Below are positions 1 through 11,748 of a DNA stretch of 64,000 nt, piece after piece. Origin of the DNA: Eledone cirrhosa (lineage: Eukaryota); the NCBI GenBank assembly GCA_964016885.1, contig OZ024740.1:319424001-319488000 (forward strand). Reading direction: 5' to 3'. Each line of letters opens with the position of its first letter. Position 1 is the stretch's first letter. Under the pieces are notes generated by a model. That model ran no database searches. It had not been told where the DNA came from and saw only the letters and a program-made list of their open reading frames with translations. Position numbers and translations under genes: made by a program.

Positions 1-71
1 ATTTATACATATACATATTTATATATATATATATATATTATTATTATGTAATAAACAACATAAGGCAATTA

Positions 72-132
72 TTCCATTTACCAGTGGTTTCTTAAAAGCA
101 AAAGGTTTTGCTTTCAATCCTCAGAATGAAAA
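72..132 (-). ncRNA. Minimal type I hammerhead ribozyme (inverted pLTR copy)
   Basis: Reverse complement of the 4164-4224 and 8307-8367 motif. Confidence 0.8.
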
Positions 133-354
133 ATCCTGGTTTGTTTATTGAATATGGATTCTAAAAACAAAAATGCAATCTATATGAAAGTGAGGCTGGA
201 AAAGGGAGAAGGAAAGGAAAAATAAAATAAAATAAAACTACACATGCAAACACACACAAAAAAAACATAAAAGCATACTTACACGCACACACATATATAC
301 ACATATAATTTGCACGCACACATATATACACATACACACACATACATATATATG

Positions 355-388
<34 letters not shown>

Positions 389-464
389 TATATATATATA
401 AAAAGAGCGTACACCTACACACACATACACATATATACACACATATACACATACATATATTCAT

Positions 465-515
<51 letters not shown>

Positions 516-549
516 CATATATATACACATGTACATATCCATACATATA

Positions 550-583
<34 letters not shown>

Positions 584-1042
584 CATACATATACACATAT
601 ACAGACATATACATACACACACACACACACACACGCACACATGTGTGTGTACAAGCCTACACATACACACACACATATATATACACACACATATACATAC
701 ATTCACACAAACATACAACGTACATACATACACATACATGAATGCACTCCACTACATATTAACACACGCAAATAAATATAAGAAAAAAATATATATAAAT
801 AATATTAACAAATATTTGACAGCGATACATGCCCCAGCTAACAGGACAGACACGCGTGGTAAGTAATACACACATAAGCACATATACATACGTTCGAAAT
901 AGTAAACACATACACACACTCTCACACATAAATATACATATACAAATACATAAACACGTACATACACATACATACGCAAACACGTACACGTATACAATAT
1001 AAACACACACATGTATATGTAATTATATACACACACACACAC

Positions 1043-1083
<41 letters not shown>

Positions 1084-1338
1084 CAAAAATATAAAAATAT
1101 AAACGCAAACACACATATACATACATAGCTAAACAATTATACACATGCAAATACGTATATATCAAAAGAACGCACAACCAAATACAAACACACACACATA
1201 TATATACACACACACACACCCCCACACACAAACCCACACATACATAAAAATAAATAAAAACACACGCAACATATACATACATACACATACATATACATAT
1301 ATACATACATACATATACATATACACATATACACACAC

Positions 1339-1384
<46 letters not shown>

Positions 1385-1526
1385 ACTTACACATACACAC
1401 ATGCATACACATACACACACACATATACATGTGTGTATGTGTAAAGCTCAGTATTAGATAAGACAAATGAACCTTACATAAACGTATATATAGTAGTAAA
1501 GTAATAAAGCCATACAAGGCAATTAA

Positions 1527-1586
1527 TCCATTCACCAGAGGTTTCTTAAAAGCAAAAAAAGTTTCCTTCAATCTTCAGAATGAAAA
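1527..1586 (-). ncRNA. Degenerate hammerhead-like motif (GUG at the cleavage triplet)
   Basis: Reverse complement of 7037-7096. Confidence 0.6.
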
Positions 1587-1671
1587 AAAGCCCTGGTTTA
1601 TCCACATATACATACATATACACACACAAATATACAAATATATACACACATACAGACACGCACACACACAT

Positions 1672-1744
<73 letters not shown>

Positions 1745-2039
1745 CATATATACATACACATATATACACATACATACATACATATGCATACATACATACA
1801 CATATATATACATACACAAACATATACGTACACATATACATATATACACACACAAATACATACACATACACATAGGTATGTGAAGGGCAAAACAAAAAGA
1901 ATATATGGGGGAGGGCTAAGAGGAGGTAAAAATATAAGGGGAGGTAGGGGGAGAAAAATTATTTTTAAAAATACAAGAGTACAGAAGGTAGAAGCAGCAA
2001 AATAAAAGCCGTAGCAAAAGTAAAGAGCAGAGAAGGAGT

Positions 2040-3687
2040 TCAAGGCGGTTGATTTATCGTAGGAGTGTCAATCCAGTTACAGATCAGATGCGATTTCAGA
2101 TGAGGACAGCATCTGAAGATCTCAGTCTTAGAGTTAAGGCAAGCGGAAGTGTCTCTCAAGTTTAGCAAAATCCTATACTTTTCTGTGATACACAAAGAAC
2201 AATTCTTTGTGCCCCTTTGGTACTCCCTCGAATGGTCTAATATAGACCAATCAATAGAGTACGGGATATTACTATCCTTGAGATCCCATACCTTACTTGC
2301 GAGGGCCGTTGATGTTCGTTTATCTGAGTGTTTAAAAGAAGCGACATGTGAGTAAAATCTGGTTTTAAACCTGTCCTGGGTCATACCGACATATCGCTCG
2401 CTTCTGGCTGTCTGGTTGTTGATAACTGGCGTTATTTTAGCCTCATAAACGACAGATTTTGTGTTACATTTACCCTGCAATGGGCATTCATCCGGCTTCC
2501 TGCAACTGCATCCTGGATTTATCCTCGTACGGTTTGAACTGGTGATTTTGGATTTCATGGATGGACAACAAGAGTAGCTGATCTTAACTACATTCCTATT
2601 AAAAATCTTATAATATCTATGAATAGGAGGAAAATGTTTGTCTAATAGTTCAAGGAATTTCCTTCCTACATTAGTTTTGACATTTAGAGAGAAGGGGGGT
2701 GTGAACCAAATAATCTTCCTTTTCCTGTTATTATGGTTAGTTTTAGGGGGAGGAGTAGGTAAATAAGAAATATTTTCTGTAAAACCGCTGTTCTTAAGGG
2801 CTTTATTATAATAAGGGGCGGCTTTATTAAAAATGTCTATAGACGAAGATAAAGTAGAAATCCTACGGCTAATGTTAGGAATAAGATTATTAAAAACTAT
2901 AGGGGGATGGCAAGACTCTTTGTGTATATACCTAAGATTTTCATTAGGTTTATGATAGGGTTTAAAAGAGGCAGTAAGTAGATCAAGATTAATATCAAGA
3001 AAGTTAGCATTAGTAAGGTTCGTATCTATAGTAATTTTAAGGTTAAGATTAGCAAAGGTACTAATTAAATCTTTACGGAATTTATCAAGATTATGGCCAT
3101 TGGTGGTATGAGAAACTGCTAATCCGTCATCACGGTATAAACCGATATTATGGGACGGAAATTTCTCTTGGAGTGTGTGGAGAAGGAATAATCCTACTAA
3201 GTCGCACACATCCGCACTGTCATAAGAACCCATTGCAACATCGAAAGAGTTTTCAGGGTTTGACTTTTTAACCCAAATATTATCATTAGTAAAAAGTAAA
3301 GTTTTTCTGGCATGAAAGATAATGTCCTCTTCTAATTTGGAGATATTAATGAAGGGTCTTGCAAAATCTAAGGCTTTAGTTAATAAGGAAACGGTAATAG
3401 AAGGGTAAAAATCGACAATATCAAATTGCGTAAATCTACACTTATTTTTACCTTGTATATTATTGAACCAAGAAATAACAGAGGAAGTATTTAGCCACTG
3501 TGAAAGGTCAGTGTTAGTTCTAATTTGGAGAATTATTTTTCTTAAGATTTTCTTACTAGCAAGGCCAACCTCGGATTTAGCCGGGTTAATCAGTCTACAA
3601 CTAGGTCGATTAGTAAAGTCCAATTTATGGTCTTTAAGGGTAATATATGCTTTACGCTTAGCTAAGCTTTCAATCCGGTTATCTATT
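2040..3687 (-). pseudogene. 5'-truncated inverted copy of the PLE RT/GIY-YIG ORF
   Basis: Protein matches the C-terminal ~550 aa of 4444-6576 apart from two residues (DINLD/DINID, SHLIC/SHLLC); the N-terminus called by the ORF track (3688-3794) is microsatellite. Confidence 0.92.
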
Positions 3688-3739
3688 CGTGTGTGTGTGT
3701 GTGTGTGTATGTATATGTCTGTATATGTGTATATGTATG

Positions 3740-3778
<39 letters not shown>

Positions 3779-3807
3779 GTATGGATATGTACATGTGTAT
3801 ATATATG

Positions 3808-3858
<51 letters not shown>

Positions 3859-3936
3859 ATGAATATATGTATGTGTATATGTGTGTATATATGTGTATGT
3901 GTGTGTAGGTGTACGCTCTTTTTATATATATATATA

Positions 3937-3976
<40 letters not shown>

Positions 3977-4324
3977 TATGTATGTGTGTGTATGTGTATA
4001 TATGTGTGTGTGTGTAAGTATGCTTTTATGTTTTTTTTGTGTGTGCTTGCATGTGTAGTTTTATTTTATTTTATTTTTCCTTTCCTTCTCCCTTTTCCAG
4101 CCTCACTTTCATATAGATTGCATTTTTGTTTTTAGAATCCATATTCAATAAACAAACCAGGATTTTTCATTCTGAGGATTGAAAGCAAAACCTTTTGCTT
4201 TTAAGAAACCACTGGTAAATGGAATAATTGCCTTATGTTGTTTATTACATAATAATAATAATTAAGCTCTGTTGCTTACATAGAGCACTCTTTTTTCCTG
4301 GACTTTTCCGATGGAATTACTTCA
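3688..4324 (+). repeat. 5' pLTR (pseudo-LTR, partial tandem copy of the element 3' end)
   Basis: Near-identical to 7794-8467; identity ends at ...gatggaattacttca. Confidence 0.88.
4164..4224 (+). ncRNA. Minimal type I hammerhead ribozyme in the 5' pLTR
   Basis: Stem I ttcatt/aatgga; CTGAGGA 4172-4178; stem II ttgaaagcaaaa-cc-ttttgcttttaa; GAAA 4205-4208; near-palindromic stem III ACCA-C-TGGT; GUA cleavage predicted after 4217. Confidence 0.82.
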
Positions 4325-4443
4325 TTTATACAGCTCCAACCGGGATTGATCGCAGCATATTCGATATTACATATACGATTGGCACTTTCCAGCCCGATTA
4401 GTTGAGCACTCTACAGTTTTCAGGAATTTAACCAACATACACC

Positions 4444-6576
4444 ATGGACCTTTATGATTTGGATTATTCTATCAAAAACATACCCACTCCTTCCAATACA
4501 ACATACACCAAAATCCTCATTGATAAAATCGAGCAAGTCGTTAAAAGAATGAGATGGAAGGCAATGGTTTACGATGGACTATTCAGTGCTGATACTAAAG
4601 ATAATTTTGACATTAAATCCCGTAAATATCCACCTAGAATTAAAGACATGGCCAACTTCGAATTAGACCTCGTTAATCTAATTAGTGATATCAAATTTCG
4701 TAAGTACAATAATAATTTTCAAACTAAACTTTCTCACGATATCTCTAATTTTAGAAATTCTACAAACACTTTCGTTCTTTCTGATAAAACCAAAAACCTC
4801 TTTGAAGTTAATAGTAATTTGTATAACCAACTTTTAACTAATAGTATTACCAATAAATATCAATTAACTAATAATAATAGCTACAATACTATCAATAAAG
4901 AAGCTAAAGAACTAGCTAGTTCTTTACAAATAGATAACCGGATTGAAAGCTTAGCTAAGCGTAAAGCATATATTACCCTTAAAGACCATAAATTGGACTT
5001 TACTAATCGACCTAGTTGTAGACTGATTAACCCGGCTAAATCCGAGGTTGGCCTTGCTAGTAAGAAAATCTTAAGAAAAATAATTCTCCAAATTAGAACT
5101 AACACTGACCTTTCACAGTGGCTAAATACTTCCTCTGTTATTTCTTGGTTCAATAATATACAAGGTAAAAATAAGTGTAGATTTACGCAATTTGATATTG
5201 TCGATTTTTACCCTTCTATTACTGTTTCCTTATTAACTAAAGCCTTAGATTTTGCAAGACCCTTCATTAATATCTCCAAATTAGAAGAGGACATTATCTT
5301 TCATGCCAGAAAAACTTTACTTTTTACTAATGATAATATTTGGGTTAAAAAGTCAAACCCTGAAAACTCTTTCGATGTTGCAATGGGTTCTTATGACAGT
5401 GCGGATGTGTGCGACTTAGTAGGATTATTCCTTCTCCACACACTCCAAGAGAAATTTCCGTCCCATAATATCGGTTTATACCGTGATGACGGATTAGCAG
5501 TTTCTCATACCACCAATGGCCATAATCTTGATAAATTCCGTAAAGATTTAATTAGTACCTTTGCTAATCTTAACCTTAAAATTACTATAGATACGAACCT
5601 TACTAATGCTAACTTTCTTGATATTAATATTGATCTACTTACTGCCTCTTTTAAACCCTATCATAAACCTAATGAAAATCTTAGGTATATACACAAAGAG
5701 TCTTGCCATCCCCCTATAGTTTTTAATAATCTTATTCCTAACATTAGCCGTAGGATTTCTACTTTATCTTCGTCTATAGACATTTTTAATAAAGCCGCCC
5801 CTTATTATAATAAAGCCCTTAAGAACAGCGGTTTTACAGAAAATATTTCTTATTTACCTACTCCTCCCCCTAAAACTAACCATAATAACAGGAAAAGGAA
5901 GATTATTTGGTTCACACCCCCCTTCTCTCTAAATGTCAAAACTAATGTAGGAAGGAAATTCCTTGAACTATTAGACAAACATTTTCCTCCTATTCATAGA
6001 TATTATAAGATTTTTAATAGGAATGTAGTTAAGATCAGCTACTCTTGTTGTCCATCCATGAAATCCAAAATCACCAGTTCAAACCGTACGAGGATAAATC
6101 CAGGATGCAGTTGCAGGAAGCCGGATGAATGCCCATTGCAGGGTAAATGTAACACAAAATCTGTCGTTTATGAGGCTAAAATAACGCCAGTTATCAACAA
6201 CCAGACAGCCAGAAGCGAGCGATATGTCGGTATGACCCAGGACAGGTTTAAAACCAGATTTTACTCACATGTCGCTTCTTTTAAACACTCAGATAAACGA
6301 ACATCAACGGCCCTCGCAAGTAAGGTATGGGATCTCAAGGATAGTAATATCCCGTACTCTATTGATTGGTCTATATTAGACCATTCAAGGGAGTACCAAA
6401 GGGGCACAAAGAATTGTTCTTTGTGTATCACAGAAAAGTATAGGATTTTGCTAAACTTGAGAGACACTTCCGCTTGCCTTAACTCTAAGACTGAGATCTT
6501 CAGATGCTGTCCTCATCTGAAATCGCATCTGCTCTGTAACTGGATTGACACTCCTACGATAAATCAACCGCCTTGA
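4444..6576 (+). CDS. Penelope-like retroelement polyprotein, reverse transcriptase plus C-terminal GIY-YIG endonuclease (Naiad-type), 710 aa, intact
   Basis: N-terminal YSIKNIP...KRMRWKA; RT motifs FDIVDFYPSI, AMGSYDSADVCDLVG, LYRDDG; linker CSCRKPDECPLQGKC; GIY-YIG VVYEA...YVGMT...FKTRF...CSLCITEK. Confidence 0.95.
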   Translation: MDLYDLDYSIKNIPTPSNTTYTKILIDKIEQVVKRMRWKAMVYDGLFSADTKDNFDIKSRKYPPRIKDMANFELDLVNLISDIKFRKYNNNFQTKLSHDISNFRNSTNTFVLSDKTKNLFEVNSNLYNQLLTNSITNKYQLTNNNSYNTINKEAKELASSLQIDNRIESLAKRKAYITLKDHKLDFTNRPSCRLINPAKSEVGLASKKILRKIILQIRTNTDLSQWLNTSSVISWFNNIQGKNKCRFTQFDIVDFYPSITVSLLTKALDFARPFINISKLEEDIIFHARKTLLFTNDNIWVKKSNPENSFDVAMGSYDSADVCDLVGLFLLHTLQEKFPSHNIGLYRDDGLAVSHTTNGHNLDKFRKDLISTFANLNLKITIDTNLTNANFLDINIDLLTASFKPYHKPNENLRYIHKESCHPPIVFNNLIPNISRRISTLSSSIDIFNKAAPYYNKALKNSGFTENISYLPTPPPKTNHNNRKRKIIWFTPPFSLNVKTNVGRKFLELLDKHFPPIHRYYKIFNRNVVKISYSCCPSMKSKITSSNRTRINPGCSCRKPDECPLQGKCNTKSVVYEAKITPVINNQTARSERYVGMTQDRFKTRFYSHVASFKHSDKRTSTALASKVWDLKDSNIPYSIDWSILDHSREYQRGTKNCSLCITEKYRILLNLRDTSACLNSKTEIFRCCPHLKSHLLCNWIDTPTINQPP

Positions 6577-6871
6577 ACTCCTTCTCTGCTCTTTACTTTT
6601 GCTACGGCTTTTATTTTGCTGCTTCTACCTTCTGTACTCTTGTATTTTTAAAAAGAATTTTTCTCCCCCTACCTCCCCTTATATTTTTACCTCCTCTTAG
6701 CCCTCCCCCATATATTCTTTTTGTTTTGCCCTTCACATACCTATGTGTATGTGTATGTATTTGTGTGTGTATATATGTATATGTGTACGTATATGTTAGT
6801 GTATGTATATATATGTGTATGTATGTATGTATATGTATGTATGTATGTGTATATATGTGTATGTATATATG

Positions 6872-6961
<90 letters not shown>

Positions 6962-7036
6962 CGTGTCTGTATGTGTGTATATATTTGTATATTTGTGTGT
7001 GTATATGTATGTATATGTGGATAAACCAGGGCTTTT

Positions 7037-7096
7037 TTTCATTCTGAAGATTGAAGGAAACTTTTTTTGCTTTTAAGAAACCTCTGGTGAATGGAT
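7037..7096 (+). ncRNA. Degenerate hammerhead-like motif in the PLE 3' region
   Basis: ttcatt-CTGAAGA-stem II-GAAA-cctctgg-TG-aatgga; paralogue of the pLTR HHR but with G at position 17. Confidence 0.6.
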
Positions 7097-7237
7097 TAAT
7101 TGCCTTGTATGGCTTTATTACTTTACTACTATATATACGTTTATGTAAGGTTCATTTGTCTTATCTAATACTGAGCTTTACACATACACACATGTATATG
7201 TGTGTGTGTATGTGTATGCATGTGTGTATGTGTAAGT

Positions 7238-7281
<44 letters not shown>

Positions 7282-7536
7282 GTGTGTGTATATGTGTATA
7301 TGTATATGTATGTATGTATATATGTATATGTATGTGTATGTATGTATATGTTGCGTGTGTTTTTATTTATTTTTATGTATGTGTGGGTTTGTGTGTGGGG
7401 GTGTGTGTGTGTGTATATATATGTGTGTGTGTTTGTATTTGGTTGTGCGTTCTTTTGATATATACGTATTTGCATGTGTATAATTGTTTAGCTATGTATG
7501 TATATGTGTGTTTGCGTTTATATTTTTATATTTTTG

Positions 7537-7577
<41 letters not shown>

Positions 7578-7793
7578 GTGTGTGTGTGTGTATATAATTA
7601 CATATACATGTGTGTGTTTATATTGTATACGTGTACGTGTTTGCGTATGTATGTGTATGTACGTGTTTATGTATTTGTATATGTATATTTATGTGTGAGA
7701 GTGTGTGTATGTGTTTACTATTTCGAACGTATGTATATGTGTGTGTATATATATGTGTGTGTGTATGTGTAGGCTTGTACACACACATGTGTG

Positions 7794-7845
7794 CGTGTGT
7801 GTGTGTGTGTGTGTATGTATATGTCTGTATATGTGTATATGTATG

Positions 7846-7893
<48 letters not shown>

Positions 7894-7919
7894 GATATGT
7901 ACATGTGTATATATATGTG

Positions 7920-7972
<53 letters not shown>

Positions 7973-8465
7973 ATGAATATATGTATGTGTATATGTGTGT
8001 ATATATGTGTATGTGTGTGTAGGTGTACGCTCTTTTTATATATATATATATATATGTGTATATATATATTTATATATATATATACATATATATGTATGTG
8101 TGTGTATGTGTATATATGTGTGCGTGCAAATTATATGTGTATATATGTGTGTGTGTGTAAGTATGCTTTTATGTTTTTTTTGTGTGTGTTTGCATGTGTA
8201 GTTTTATTTTATTTTATTTTTCCTTTCCTTCTCCCTTTTCCAGCCTCACTTTCATATAGATTGCATTTTTGTTTTTAGAATCCATATTCAATAAACAAAC
8301 CAGGATTTTTCATTCTGAGGATTGAAAGCAAAACCTTTTGCTTTTAAGAAACCACTGGTAAATGGAATAATTGCCTTATGTTGTTTATTACATAATAATA
8401 ATAATTAAGCTCTGTTGCTTACATAGAGCACTCTTTTTTCCTGGACTTTTCCGATGGAATTACTT

Positions 8466-8467
<2 letters not shown>
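7794..8467 (+). repeat. 3' pLTR
   Basis: Direct repeat of 3688-4324, followed by (AT)n. Confidence 0.88.
8307..8367 (+). ncRNA. Minimal type I hammerhead ribozyme in the 3' pLTR
   Basis: Same sequence as 4164-4224; cleavage predicted after 8360. Confidence 0.82.
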
Positions 8468-8501
<34 letters not shown>

Positions 8502-8586
8502 TGTATATATATATATATACATATATATGTGTGTGTGTGTGTGTGTCTGTGTGTATATAAATATATATATATATATATATATACAT

Positions 8587-8632
<46 letters not shown>

Positions 8633-8663
8633 TCATATATATACATATATTTATACATATACA

Positions 8664-8746
<83 letters not shown>

Positions 8747-8887
8747 ACATACATATCTTTTTACACAGACACACACACAGACACAGACACTGACGCACAC
8801 GCACACACATCTAAATATATATATGAGTGAGTGTATGAGGAGAGGTTGTGTGTTACTGTATAAAACATTATCGAGCACACTTGTGCG

Positions 8888-8926
<39 letters not shown>

Positions 8927-8958
8927 TGCATCATGGATAATGCATAATTCATACATTT

Positions 8959-9038
<80 letters not shown>

Positions 9039-9105
9039 GTATGAATTATGCATTATCCATGATGCAGTATATATATATATATAAGCCGTCGGGGTCTTAC
9101 TTACT

Positions 9106-9150
<45 letters not shown>

Positions 9151-9189
9151 TTAGAACGTCTGATAGGATATATATATATATATATATAT

Positions 9190-9285
<96 letters not shown>

Positions 9286-9300
9286 TTAGAACGTCTGATA

Positions 9301-9348
<48 letters not shown>

Positions 9349-9363
9349 TTAGAACGTCTGATA

Positions 9364-9436
<73 letters not shown>

Positions 9437-9455
9437 GTTTTATATATATATATAT

Positions 9456-9503
<48 letters not shown>

Positions 9504-9538
9504 TTATATATATATATATGTTTTATATATATATATAT
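8468..9538. repeat. Compound (AT)n/(CA)n microsatellite region
   Basis: Long dinucleotide runs visible directly. Confidence 0.95.
8925..9068. repeat. Palindrome with ~34-bp unique arms around an (AT)n core
   Basis: actgcatcatggataatgcataattcatacattt ... aaatgtatgaattatgcattatccatgatgcagt. Confidence 0.85.
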
Positions 9539-9680
9539 CGTTAGAACGTCTGATAGGATATGTTGCGGTATTTGTTCCGACCCTGTGATCTCGGGGTTCA
9601 AATCACACAGAAGTAAACTTTTCCGTTCATTCATTTGAGGTCGGTAAAAGAAAGTACCAGTCTAGTACTGGGTCGGTTTT
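9539..9680 (+). mobile_element. SINE (diverged copy of the family repeated across the window)
   Basis: ggttcaaatc B-box-like motif followed by ...ggtcggtaaaagaaagtaccag, shared with the other copies. Confidence 0.6.
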
Positions 9681-9711
9681 TCCTCTATATCTCTTTCTCA
9701 CTTATTCTCTA

Positions 9712-9751
<40 letters not shown>

Positions 9752-9854
9752 TTTCTCTCTTTAGAAGAAATAGGCTGTGTTCAAAGCTGGAGAGGAGATA
9801 GACACCGCCAAGTTTAAAAGATGCCCAAGAAACGGCGTATGTCACTGCGGTGGT

Positions 9855-10125
9855 GTTGGGGCTGCGCTCTGCGGAGAAGACGGCAAAAACACTTCCGTGG
9901 ACAATGGCCAGCAACACGCGCTGCAACAGTTACCCCACCTCGCGGGGTTCCTTCTTCAGACGGGCTGCCCACGTTTCGATCTTGTGGAGGAGCTCAGTAA
10001 TATGGGGTCCAAGTACGCCTGATGTCTCGACGGTGACCGGTGCGAAGAGGAAGCGGTTCCTCAATCCCCGGTATTTGTTTGTCTTCCTGTCCTCTCACTT
10101 AGGGTCGCAATACCGGTGTTTGTGA
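9855..10125 (-). mobile_element. 3' fragment of a CRE-like (REL-endonuclease) non-LTR retrotransposon
   Basis: Minus strand reads FLFAPVTVETSGVLGP...LLQRVLLAIVHGSVFAVF, homologous to the C-terminus encoded at 61834-62031. Confidence 0.7.
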
Positions 10126-10499
10126 CCGAAGCGACTAAGAAATTTAACATGTACTAAGAGTTAACTAAAAGCACTAGAACCTCGTACAGTTCGTAGCTGG
10201 CATCTTTTTTTACATTCTCAGTTTATGTCTGCCGAAGTCGACTCTAATTTTTATTCCTCCAATCCCATTAAATGAGGTACTAATAATATATTCAAGTCAA
10301 TTAATTCGGTGATAATCAGTTTTCTTCTCTAATTAGTACAAGTTTGCGTGACCTGCAGCATCTGTGGTTTTGTCGAATGTTCCTGACTGAAAAGAGGCGA
10401 CAAACGAAATTTAAATCGCTAATCTCCTTGGCAAAAGTTAAACGTCACAATTTCTGTTATTCTTCCCTGGTTTAAAACACATCTGTTGCTGTTGTTAAC

Positions 10500-11045
10500 A
10501 TTTTTAACCCAAGGTCATATCAGCTATGCTCTCGACGTATTTTCTTTTTCTAGGTGTAGCATATTACGAACTACATTATTTAATGAGTCCAACTTCTTTT
10601 AAAGACAAATGTGATGATTTGATTTGAAGGAAATTTGACTGCTATTTCTAGTACGTCTAGTAACTACTTACTATTTTCCTGCTAAATTCATAGGTTTCAC
10701 TTTTATGTGCCAAACTTTCTAAAAAAATTCTCTTTATCGATTTTATTTCCATTTTTAGGAAACGTTTAAGATAGTAATAGCGGTGTATTAAATTCTAGAA
10801 TAATCTCTCCCCGTCCCAACACCACAGGCATGCGTGAGATTCAAGTTCTTGTTGTCTAATCTCAAGTTAACCCCGATCAAACAGACATATGACAAAAGGC
10901 GTCCCAGACTTAAACATTCCATCTTTTTCAAACATAATTTATCTAGGTCTGCATTGTTGAATGCGTCCTTCCATTTTAAAAGAAAGTAGGGTATGATTTG
11001 AAGGAGATTTAACTCACATTTCTAACATGTCGGTGATCACGTAGA
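10500..11045 (+). mobile_element. Two diverged copies of a short interspersed repeat (~10500-10670 and ~10860-11045); a third copy lies at ~52265-52440
   Basis: Shared ...tgatttgaagga(a/g)atttgactgctatttcta... and gtcc-ttt motifs. Confidence 0.45.
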
Positions 11046-11748
11046 CTTTTACGTAAAGTTTAAATGAAATGAAATAGGTCAACCGAGAAAGAAAGAAATA
11101 TTAGAATCCCGAAAAATCAACTCACTTAATATAACTGCAGTTTTCCATAAATTGGTAGATAAAATGACCATAAATGTTCCCACGAGACACGAGGTTCATA
11201 AAACATTTAAGAAACAAGAGACGAAACCCCACACGCCATCCCATAAATATAATGCCGGTAACATTCTCAGAAGATTTGATACGTATTCACGACAACATTG
11301 AGAACAGTGATATGTCGTTGAATTAAGTGTCTTGCTGAAAATAAGACATTTACGACACGTCTCAAGTTGATTCGAACTCAGTGCTCAGAAACAGGTAGTC
11401 CTATAGCATAACCACGTGGCCAATTATAGTCATATATCTTAACCACTTGGCCAATTATAGTCATATATCTTAACCATATGGCCAGTTCCTGTCTATGGCT
11501 GCACGTGCATTCACTATTTGCCAGCGCAATCAATTAAAAGAACAATTCCAAAAAAGAAAAAAGCAAGACGAATTTAGAAGGAATTAGTCTGGATTGTTTT
11601 TTTTTTTTATATATGTAATATGTTAAATAGCTAATAGAATTAACTTTGTAAAGTTTATTGACATTAGAAAAAATAACTGTGTTTATGTCATTAAACGTCT
11701 AGTGTTTAAAACCATACTGTAATTACATATAATCGCAGCAGCGAATAT

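Larger units (their letters stand above)
37..8467. mobile_element. Penelope-like element (Naiad-type) insertion: inverted 5'-truncated copy (37-3687, minus) joined to a pLTR-ORF-pLTR unit (3688-8467, plus), embedded in (TA)n
   Basis: 37-3687 is the reverse complement of ~4929-8402; junction ...atctatt|cgtgtgtg at 3687/3688; direct repeats 3688-4324 and 7794-8467; both outer ends run into (TA)n. Confidence 0.92.

Noticed and set aside
161-2043. Many ORFs rich in YI/CV/HT (also at 6573-9638, 25993-26597, 60340-61464)
   Set aside because: Translations of (AT)n, (GT)n and (CA)n microsatellites, which lack stop codons
4444-6700. Selenoprotein-type Naiad
   Set aside because: No internal in-frame TGA; the terminal TGA follows a complete endonuclease domain and I saw no convincing SECIS
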